A stretch of 64,000 nucleotides of DNA from Antedon mediterranea (Eukaryota; Animalia; Echinodermata): NCBI RefSeq assembly GCF_964355755.1, contig NC_092674.1, positions 7,254,001-7,318,000 on the forward strand. Reading direction: 5' to 3'. The notes under the pieces were generated by a model. It did no database searches. It was not told the origin of the DNA and saw only the letters and a program-made list of their open reading frames with translations. Of the stretch, positions 23,111 to 34,300 are shown piece after piece (the stretch's first letter is position 1; each line of letters opens with the position of its first letter). The position numbers and the translations under genes are program-made.

Positions 23111-23658
23111 AGATGTATTGTCCCTTGAAACACAAAAAAATGAAGATCAAAATATACTAAATTTTAATTGGCTATATCAAAGTAATATTAAAGTTATTCA
23201 CTTTAAGTCAAAAATTTGAGCCAAAAACAACACTTTTACGTAATTAACAGCTAAATTAATTTGATTACATTTCGTCTGGAAAATAGTCGCAAGCGAAAGT
23301 AAACAAAGATTTCAAACCATGAGTATACATTATGCATGATGCTAATTAGGATTGTTTACAACTCGTCACGGTTGAGAGAGGGTGTTTCACACAGATCGCG
23401 AGGAAGGTTTATGATTATGCATACTGAGTAGCCAAATAAGCGCATTGCATTATAAGATATGTTTTGATCGAAAACTTTGGCTGGAAGTCAAAGTTATTTT
23501 TTGAACCAAAAAAACGTCTGTATTTCAGTTAAATTATTTTTTTTTCGACTAATTTTTGGTGAAAGTTAATAACTATCATAATACTTCAAAATGACCGACT
23601 TTTTTTCGAAATCTTTTTATTTTATTTTTTTGAAATTTGACAAAGGGACAATACATCT
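23111..23658. mobile_element. Kolobok-type non-autonomous DNA transposon, copy 2
   Basis: TTAA flanks, TIR AGATGTATTGTCCCTT. Colinear with 4524-5041. Confidence 0.85.
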
Positions 23659-23873
23659 TTAAGTAATGAGAGGTAGAAATAGCTTTTGAACCAATCCAAT
23701 CTTCATATTTTTAGTGTTAATAGGTATTACTATTAGCTCTGAAAGAAAACATTATCTTGCCAATAATACTGTATACACAATAGTATTGTATTTAAAAAAA
23801 TGTACATTTCTTTTAAAGAAAATTTAGAAGGTACGTTGTCTATATGGGCTGGAAATAGTCTGAAATAAACATA

Positions 23874-24800
23874 CGCCCGTATTCTTAAACCGGACTTTAG
23901 TCGTAGTTCGAGCTAAAACTAAAAAAATGACGTCATTTTAATTCATAAACCGAACTTCAACTAAATCACCGACTAAATCAGGCCAACCTCGACTAAATGG
24001 AGACGGATTTTGATCGATTTTTTTAGTCCTGGAGGGGGAAGACTAAATGGTCGACTAAATGGTTTTTAAACGATGTTTATAAAAAACGTAACAGTCATTG
24101 AGTTGTTATATTGGCCAGATATTGAAGAATGAAATATCTATATTTATATTAGCTTAATTAAATATACATTGGTATAAATTATAATAATGAAAATCATCTT
24201 TATTTACAACTGTATACAAATTACATTATTTTCTTCGCGCAAGTCCGACTTGAGCTACGTCACGCCATAGCGACAATGGGAGATGCGGCAATTCACCACG
24301 CGATGGAATGTTTAGGGGGCCTAGCGCTTTCTTGTCACGCTATGAAGTGCGTGGTTCGTGGCGATCATACTTTGTTGGGGTCCTAGAAAATATAAAAGTT
24401 ACCGTACCGCCATGGTTCCTAAATATATTTTTAAGATTTTATTTGTTGTTAATCAAATATACTTCACTGTTAAATTAATACTGATATTGTTCTAATAATT
24501 AACGATTAAAATTATTTTTCATGTATATAGTCCTGATGCGTAAAAAGTGTTGTAAGAAATGGAAAGTGATATCAATGCGCAAAATTTCGTCTGCTCCTCA
24601 AATACTCTCTTGTCATTGGCCAATGTATAGCCTTTGTTACCCAGACGTGTGCAACTCGACTAAAAGCTCGACTTCATTAAGTCGAACTGCAAACTTCGAC
24701 TACTTCGTTTTTGAATCGAATTTGAAGTAATAGCTCGAACTACGACTTTTCCAAGTCGAACTTCGAACTACGACTAAAGTCCGGTTTAAGAATACGGGCG
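23874..24800. mobile_element. Non-autonomous PIF/Harbinger-like element, 927 bp
   Basis: 38-bp perfect TIR CGCCCGTATTCTTAAACCGGACTTTAGTCGTAGTTCGA, 3-bp ATA duplication, subterminal CGACTAAA repeats, no transposase ORF. Confidence 0.85.
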
Positions 24801-25058
24801 ATAGTCTCAATGAAAATAGTTTGTGTTGTTGAATATTATATATATTATTTATTCACTTTTATGATAAAACCGGAAGTGCATTGAATATGTGGTTGAATTT
24901 AACCATTTGTTCAGTTTTTATTTTATATTAAGTGACATTAAAAGAAAAAGTGAATAACTTTATTAAAACTACAAAATGGCCTATTTAAAAGTTTGATTTT
25001 ATTTATCTTTATTCTTTCAAGTTTTTAGATGACAACACATCTAATCTTTTTCCATTTA

Positions 25059-25262
25059 AGGCCCGTTTACACTAGGACGAAAACGAACGACGTTAAATAG
25101 ATTAGTATACATTTTTGTAAAGTAAACAAAAGAAATTATAAAAGTTTTTATTCTATAACTTATCCCATAATAGTAGAACGAAACCTTTTTTTTTCTGTAT
25201 GAAAAATACATATTTAGCTGCTATTTATTGTAGTTAGTTATTGGTCTAGTATAAACATACCT
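25059..25262. mobile_element. Harbinger-type MITE, degenerate
   Basis: TTA|AGGCCCGTTTACACTAG ... CTAGTATAAACATACCT|TAA. Confidence 0.55.
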
Positions 25263-25825
25263 TAAATGGAAACTACTTACATAACACAGTAGTTTATTCT
25301 CATTGGAGTCCTTATTCTGAATGTTTAAAATTTTCAACCTTCTATAAATAAACCACATTTTGCAACTGTAACAGATGAGATGGATAGTTGTTACAAAATG
25401 TTATTCTCTTGCAAAAAAACAAAACACATCATTGCTTGCAAGAAACAAAATTGGAATACTATTAATTGGTCATATAATTTAAAAGGCATAATATTCACAT
25501 ACAGTAGACAAAATATAACACTTTCAACAACTCAATCTTGTAGGCTTATTTCTTAATATTCAACAACATTTGACAGTTCTTATAATATAAAAAAATTGTA
25601 AATGAAAACAGAATTAGAAAGGTTCTATAAAAATCGCGACTGTGTGATAACCCAAAACCAAATTATTTAAAAATAATTTTAAAAATTCTCAACAATAAAA
25701 TACGTTCGGTTATAACAATTCAAAAATTCAACAAGATCTCTTCAGAAGCATTTTAAAGAGTAAATTTAAATTTGGAACTTTAATGATAAAACTGATTTTG
25801 GGAGAGTATCTAGATTTTTTATTGT

Positions 25826-26074
25826 AAGAGTGTTGACCACGTCAGCAAGTGGACGTAGAATTACTGATCGTGCGATCACATCTAATTCTCGACACATTGC
25901 TTGTATCCTTAGGAGAAAGACTCTTTTTACACTTGCCTCTCTCCACCCAGATGTATAAATGGGTACCCGGTTAGATCATTGCGCTGATTACTAGCTGCAT
26001 TAAATAACCGGGTTAATAATGTGAAGCGCCAAGAATCATTATGTAATAAGCGCTATATAAGAAATATTATTATT
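25826..26074 (+). mobile_element. SINE remnant with CORE-like centre and L2-type tail
   Basis: GTATCCTTAGGAGAAAGAC...CCTCTCTCCACCCAGATGTATAAATGGGTACC, then TGTGAAGCGC...AAGCGCTATATAAG and an (ATT)n tail. Confidence 0.65.
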
Positions 26075-26090
26075 AAAAAAATACAATTAA

Positions 26091-26388
26091 AGATTTATTG
26101 TCCCCCAAAAAATGAAAAATGAAGACTTTGTCATTTGAGTAGGGTTTTTGTAGTTTTAATAAAGTTAATCACTTTCGTCGAAAATAAAAAAGGTTTTCAC
26201 TTTTAAAATAACATAATAAATAAATAAAATTCAACCAAAAATCCATTTTTTGTTTAAATTACTGTTTTAAGATAAATAAATTTTGTTTAGATCCAATTTT
26301 TTGTAAAAGTCGACAACTATTATGTAAGATTAAATGGCATATTCAACAAACAAAAATTACAAATATTTTTTTGGGGGACAATACATCT
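26091..26388. mobile_element. Kolobok-type MITE, shorter relative
   Basis: TTAA|AGATTTATTGTCCCCCAAAA ... TTTTGGGGGACAATACATCT|TTAA. Confidence 0.75.
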
Positions 26389-27310
26389 TTAAATAATGTA
26401 ATATCTCTAATATCTCTCTTTAGAACAGAATTTTACAAATAAACTACATTATAGAAGGCCATGATATTAGCTTTGTGTCAATTATACAGTATATAAACAA
26501 ATATTATACTATGGCAACGGAATCATTACTGTCCTCTATATTGCTTGCGTCTTTATTAACAATATTTACAATATTCAATCAATTATTAAATACTAATAAT
26601 CAATAAACACTAATAATCAATAATCAGTAATAATCAATAAACACATTTCAGCAATATAGATCTATTTGATACATTATAATAACAATATTTTCAAATAATC
26701 TTTTTTATCAAAATATTTTTAATTAATCTACAAATGATACAGGAGCTTGAATTATAATCTTTCTTCTTATTGAAAAAATATAATATTAACATTTGGGAGG
26801 GTTTGGGAGTTGTCAAATAGGTTGACAAAATACTGGCACATTTAAATACTTCGCAACCAAACTAAAAAGTACTTTAAATTGCTCAATTAAATATCTAATT
26901 AATAACTAAATTATTTTTTATTTATAAATGTATAAACAACAAAAATTAACCATAACTAAAATAAAAACCTAAAGGTGGGGCAGTTTGTGGCCAAACTAAA
27001 ATGCATACAGTATACTTAAAAGCACCAAAAAGAATGCAAAACAAAAATGTAAATTTAATGTAAAAAGCACACTGAGCAAAAATCGCATGTTATTCGTCGT
27101 ACTGTATTCATAAATCAATATTGAAGTAAACAATTCATTTTAAAATTAAAGAAAATAACCATGATTGTTTTCAGATTCATTTGATTTTATGCTCATATTC
27201 AGCACACTTATTTTATGATGAAATTTACAATTCAACAATTATAACTGAATCATCATGGTACTGTTTACAACACTTACTGTAACTATAGTAACATGAGTTC
27301 ACAAATATAT

Positions 27311-27501
27311 AGGTCAGTGACCCCACCGTACAGGTCAGTGACCTCAGCACGTAGGCGAATGACACAACCATCATGGCCCAAACAACAAAAGTTGTCACCA
27401 ATCATCCAGGTTATTACCTTAATAATGTAGGTCAGTGACCTCAATGTGTAGGTCAGTGACCCAACAAAGGTCAATGACTTAATAATCCAGGTCAGTGACC
27501 T
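27311..27501. repeat. Cluster of six AGGTCAGTGACC(T) palindromes (IR1 nuclear-receptor-type motif)
   Basis: Copies start at 27311, 27332, 27429, 27450, 27468 and 27489. Confidence 0.7.
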
Positions 27502-28070
27502 ATCATTTAGGTAGGCAACCCTACAATTCATTCAGTTCTTTTTGCAACAATATACAATTGTTATAAATTATTTATTCTCTTTAACCTGAAACATTTGTAT
27601 TACATTTATTTACAATCTACGGGACACGCGCATTAACAACAAAACAATGATTGTCATATTCGGCATAGTGTACGACAGCGGGGAACACATTCCTACTAAA
27701 GAAGTGAGAAAGTAAATATTGTTTCAGGGCATAAAATATACAATTTAATTTTACCAGATTAAATTCACTTACAGTATATTCTCAAAGCTAATCTCAGATG
27801 CAGTGAAAAAGATGTTCTACAAAAGTGTGATAAATTCATTTGCAGGTTATACAAAAATTATCTAATTCTTTCTTGCTTTAGTAAACATAGTTACTTTTTT
27901 ATACTTATGAGATTGTCAATTCATATATTAAAATTTTTATTATTATTACCAATTGTAAGATTTTTCCGTTACATTTTAAAATATGTTTAACTTTCCTTTT
28001 GTTTTTCAATGACAATTGTGATTACTCAAAATATAAATACTTTTAACTAAGTTGACAAACATTTTTTTCA

Positions 28071-28344
28071 TCAATTTAAGAAGCTCTGTTCCAACTTATG
28101 CTCATACATAAACACGTTATCGTGGCTACCGGTTTCAGATGAACTTGAACGCGATAGGTTAGTACGGCTATGAGATCTAGGCGTGGTCATTCGTGTCGTC
28201 GGTGGCGTCAGACAAATGGGAGATCCACACTCACTTTGTTGTAGTTTCCACACAAGTTCTTCATTTTCCATTGAGAGTCGTTTCTTTTCTGTTGACTGTT
28301 TATCTAAAGACTCTTTCAGTGCTCTGTGTTCTGATGATAATTGC
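28071..28344 (-). CDS. MTUS1/2: MTUS-like last coding exon
   Basis: ttttag|G CAA TTA ... KRLSMENEELVWKL ... TGA. Confidence 0.9.
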
Positions 28345-31300
28345 CTAAAATTAGAAGAAATTTTATTAACTCTATTAAATCAGGAAAAAGTTCTCCACAT
28401 ACAATAAAAAAAAATAGACATTCCATATGTTAAAGATGTATTTTTCCTAAAAAAATGAAGGTTAATAAAATCAGACTTTAAATAGTCCATTTTGTAGCCA
28501 TTTTTTGCTTTAAATTACATTTTTTCAGTTACCAACATTAAAATGGCATATTTAACAAAAATATTTTTTTCATGGGGAAAATGTCTTTAATTTCCACGAT
28601 ATTCTTAACATGTTTTACATGACCAGTTAAAATCCAATAAATCTATGTATTTTTAATGAGCCAAATTTCCATGACTCTCTAGAACTGTAAAATATTTTGA
28701 AAAATTCCATGATTTTCCAGGTTTTCTATGACCCATATGAACACTTCTAATATAAAGTAAAGGTAGATATTTTTTCTAACCTTTCAAAATCTACTTTCTT
28801 TCCAACAATAACAGTGAGTTCTTCAATACGTCTTTCGTATTTCTTTATCTTTTCTTCTTGTTCTGGAATCACCTCAAGCTGATTGGAAAGAAACAAATAT
28901 AATAATTCTCTAATCTTATTCTTACATTTTTCTCATAGTAGAATTCCTCTTCATCGTTATGAGTTCCCCACAATCATCATGTTGATTATCACAGAACTAG
29001 TGGCAGTTTTCACAACTGGTTTTAGGTTTAATGTTGATTGTTTGGATTTATTTTTTTATTTTATTTTTTTATATATATTTTTTATTTATTTTAAAATTTA
29101 TTCTTGACTTGAAAAACTTTCACTCTTGCAGGCACATTTTTACAGTTTCACAAATATTACGAGTTTTTTGTTTGTAGCTACTGCTATTGTAGGCAGCTGG
29201 TTTAAGTTTTGATTGTTTGAATTAATTTCTTTATTTATTATTTTTTGTTATTATTATTTTCTTTTTATGCTTTTTATTTATTCTAAAGTTTATTATTGAC
29301 TTGAGAAACTTTCACTGTCACAAGTTTTCACATTTTTATAGTTTCACAAGTATTTTGAGTTTTTTTTTGTTGCTACTGCTATTGTAGGCGTTAATCCATG
29401 TTTTTTGTTGAATCTTCAAAACTTTACCTCTTTTTCTAGTTCCATTTTCTGGCGTCTCAAATCGTGTATATCTTTGTTCCTCAGTTCCAGCACAGTCTTT
29501 AGGCTTTCAACTTCATCAGGTAAATCTTTATATTGAGCAATAGCCGCCTGTTGGTTAAAGAAAAACAAGCCATGCATTTAATTATACATGTATATAAAAA
29601 GATGTTAGCGACAGTGTAGCTTGGTGGCTCACAATATCCAGGGTCATGGGTTCAAATCCTGGTTCAATACATTTATATCAAGTGAAGACTTTTGTTGTTT
29701 TTTCCACAAGTATAAACTAATAGAATTACAGTGCTTAATGTTATATTAATTATTAATCAATGTTAAATTTTAGTAACTTTTAATGAAAAAAGCATGCCAA
29801 TTTATAGGAGTTTCATTTGAAGCTTAGAGAGTAGAAACAACCTTGGTACTAGGACAGGATTGAACCCTGAACCCAGGAAGAGAAGCATGTAAACAACTAA
29901 GCTACGGATCCCATACTAAAGTTCCACAATTACTCTAAATTTAATAAAGCCCACCCTTCATAGTAAATGTTTCCAATTTTTACCTGAAGTTTCTCATCCG
30001 AATCTTTCTGTAGTACATCTTCTAGCATCTTGCTCTTCTGCGTCAACCGTTCACACTGAAACTTTAGATTAAAAGAGTCGTCTTGTAGTTGGCGTTCCCG
30101 ATTCTCGGCCGCCATTCTTTTCTTCTCCGTTTCAATGTCAAATTCGTTTTGCATCTCCTTCCTTACAACTTCGTGTTCTTCAGAAATAACCGTCTTCTCT
30201 TCATTATGTTTTGTTTTTAATAATTCAATTAAATGATGATTTTGTTCCGATTGGTCAGATAACTAGAAACAAATAAAATATATACATATAATATAAATCC
30301 AAAGGCAAAATACTGAAAAAATTACAATGCTCTGGGTATCAGTGGCTGGATCTCAATGAAGATACAAAAGAGAAAAGCTAAATCAAAACAATAAAGTAAA
30401 ACAGCCAGAAAAGTTAGCAGAGCTTTCGGGCAACAATAGCCCTTCATCAGTGCAAGTGAAGGTACTTGGACAAGATAGATAGATATATATCAGGCAAGCG
30501 CTACCTGAGTGGACAGGAATAATATAATAAATCCATTTATCTCTTTTTTTTGGTTTAAATTAGTTATAAAATTTGTTTACAGATCTTTCAACAATTAAAC
30601 ATAAGCCCACTTACTTCTCGTTTGTAACGTTTATGAAGCAAGTCAATATCTTCTGTTTGTTGCGTAACCACTGTGAACAAAGAAAGTGTGCCAGTTATAT
30701 AAACAAGAGATACAATCGTACAATTCCTGAATCATGAACTTTTAACTATAGCTATAACAAGTCTAGGGGTTTGCGAGTAGTGTGTAGGTATAGCATGGAA
30801 GGTATGCAATAGTACCAGCATGTACATTTAAAAAAGGTGATTGTACTGGCAAACTGCATCAGCATCTAGCTCTGTCTACACTATCAAACTAGTGACAAAA
30901 AAATGTGATGTGCCCAAATATGGCAGTGATATTACATCATCGTGTCCATATATGGGCACATCTGATTTTTTTGTCAGTTTGAAAGTGTAGACAGAGATTT
31001 AGAATATTTTTATTGTTAGCCTATATGGCAACGGTTGGACGACTTTGACAAAAAATAAGCTGCTACCTCAAATATATAAATGTGCCATTAATAAAATATT
31101 ATAATATATTTGTATCAAATTAACACTTGTATAGCCCTACATTCATTCATTTCTCTCGAGTGCCTCCCATTGAGTGTGTCTTCCATATCCTCTAGTGACT
31201 GCTTGTGTGCTTGCTTCAGTTTTTCTATCTTTTCCTCGTGTTGTTCTTTTAGAATTTCTTGGTCTTCTTCAAGTTTTAACTTTTCTTCCGTTAGTGTTTC

Positions 31301-34300
31301 TGTTAATAATAATAAATGTCCAAGTTCAAGTTTCTTTTATTCATTCATAAGAAAAAAATAGTAAAAAGCATGAAATATGGACAAAAAGGAAGGAGAAAAA
31401 AGGCAACTATATGCCTATCAAGCTCAACTTCCATTTTTTCAAAGCAAATTATGTAAAAATAAATGATGATTGAGTAACTTTCTTGTTAACGTTAACAATT
31501 AATCTTACCTGCTAATTCATAAGTATCTTTGTATTTCATTTCTAAATCTTTGATATTCCTCTTCAAGTCAGAACAAGAGAACACATCCATCTGAATAAAT
31601 AAAACAACAATTTTACAAAAATACAAACAAATTTAAAGTACTTCTTGTATACAATCTATATGATGAGCATAGTATACTACCTCCCACTGTATGATGTGCA
31701 ATCAAGCATGACATTCAGTGTGCTCTCAGATACAAGAAAACTTGACTTGCACATCACACAGACAACAAGTTTTAAACGATTTGACGTTGCTTGAAAAAGG
31801 GGACAGCGTTTGCACTTTCAAATTAAATCCTAGCAAGTATCCCTAATTGTACAGCATTATTATTGTCGTCCTTTTGAAAAGGGTGACATGCATTTCAACC
31901 AATGTAACAACATTACTACATAATTTAATTATGTTTGCCATGTGATAACTGCAGACTATATTTTCCTTTTAGCTGTCTGTGGATTGTCAATCATTTAATC
32001 ATACACACTCAATATTCTACTTTTTTGTATCAATACGAAATGTCAATAGATTGTATCTGAAGTTGACATTTAAAATACTGTTCATTAAACTGTTTCAAAC
32101 CAGGGGTTTCAGACACTACTTCCACATGAAACGAACAAACATGGCGTCAACTGGTCTTATGGGGAAATTGGTTGATGTGGACACAGGCTTGTGGGGACAT
32201 GGGTTTATGGGGATGTAGATTTATGGGGACATGAGTTTGCGGGGACATGTGATTACGGGGACACGTGATTATGGGGTCATGTGATTATGGGGTAATGTGA
32301 TTATAGGGACATATATAATAATAAGATTATGGGAACTTGGGTTTATGAAGAGATGTGTTTATGGGGACTTGGGCTCACGAGGACATAAGACAATGGGGAC
32401 TTTTCAAATATACATAACACGTTTTATGATCTTACATCATTTGTAAGGTGTTGTAGCAGGATAGCCAATGCATCAAACCCTGTCAATCCGTTCTTCAACT
32501 GCATCTTGGTCAGGTTCAGCTCCTTGGTTCGTGATTCACAGAGCGCTTCCAACCGCTTGATCTCCTCAGCTGCTGTCTCGTTGGCGATGGATGATGACAG
32601 AAGATCAGGCGGCGTCGATGATGAGATAGTTGGTTTAATTTTTGTAGGCTTAGTTACTGGTTGGCTTGAATCTATAGAACAATCAAAAATTATAAAAGAG
32701 CGTTAGTAACAGAACTAAAGCTTTGTCTACAAATTTTCAAATTTTATGTGATAAAAAATGTGCCCATATACGGACATGATGTCATATCACAACCATATTT
32801 GGGCACATCACAACCATATTTGGGCACATCACAACCATATTTGGGCACATCACAACCATATTTGGGCACATCACTACCATATTTGGGCACATCACTACCA
32901 TATTTGGGCACATCACACTTTTTTCGTCAAACTAGTTTGATAGTGTAGACAGAGCTTAAGAGAATAACACTTTCAAAATCAATCGTTTTTTCTTCTATAC
33001 TTGCTACTCTAAAAACATATGAATGACAAAAACAATTCCATCAAGTAAAAACAACCAACCATTTTCAATTGGCTGCCGATTGATGAATGCTTTTCGACAC
33101 TTTGATTTCGGTTTAATTCCCTTGACAACCAAACATATTTTAATGACAGTTTGTGAAAAGTTCTGCTTTGGTCGTCGCGGTGATGTGTTGTACAATCCTA
33201 TCTTCTTCATATTGACATTGGATGCAGGAGTTTCAAATAAATTAAATATTATATAACTGATACACAATGTAATTTAAAACAAATAGTCTTTCTTCTCTGA
33301 TTGTATTTTTGAACAAATGACTTAAATCCCCACAATATGGAAGCCAAAAACAGTTGAGAAAAATAAAAATCTTTGTTGAGTCAAAAAACAAACCAAGATA
33401 TTTTAAACTGACTGGACAACCTTTCTTCTTCAATGGTTTTCAATTGTTTTCCTGAAATAATGACTTTAAATCACCATCCGTAAGCAAGTCAAAAACAGTC
33501 ACGAAAATTTACGATCCTTGCAATAAAAAAAAAAACACAAAACCCTCTGGATGACAAACTGACAGGATTTTAATTTAAAACAAACAGCTTTTCTTCTCCA
33601 AATGATTTATACTCTTTGCTGACTCAATGAATACTTCTTTCTTTATCAGTGATTTATTCCAACAAATGTTGCATCTCGCTTTTGTTTTAAACCAATTGAA
33701 TGTCTTTTATTATCTCTGAGGGTCATTTGACAGTTAACGAAGATGATCAGAAGGGAAGTTATTAATTTTGTCGCATAGTTATACACGTAATGAACAGGCA
33801 ATTCAGTGATGACTAAGTCAATATATCGGAAGCAAGGTTATAGAATATTACAATGTATTCATAATAGAAACATGTCTTATAGAAAGAGTTTAGAACAAAT
33901 GAATGATACTTCTTTTGATTTTATGCCAAAGTGTATTACATTAGAGATGATTTTCCATAGCAATATTCAAAACATACATTAATATAATTAGGTTAAAAAA
34001 ATATATAACCTATTCACATATAAATGTTTGTAATTTTAGAAGATTTAATTTTTTTTAAATTGTGATCCTAAAGTGTATTGCATTAAAGATGATTTTCTAT
34101 AGCAATAATAAAAAAATATATTGAATATAATTTGGTTCAAGCAGATTGAAACCATTTTAGAATAATTAGTACAATTTAAAACTCATTTAATCCAAAAATA
34201 TATGGACCATAATTTTTAAGCTTATATATTATCCTATTCAGATATAAATGTTTGTAATTTTAGCAGATTGAAACAATTTTAGAATAATTAGTACAATTTA

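Noticed and set aside
29608-29910. B-box-like GGTTCAAATCC and similar motifs (also near 40425 and 54577)
   Set aside because: No cloverleaf. These are degenerate SINE heads at best, not tRNA genes.
32748-32948. ORFs with (SQPYLGT)n and (HHNHIWA)n repeats
   Set aside because: Translation of the MITE internal 21-bp repeat.
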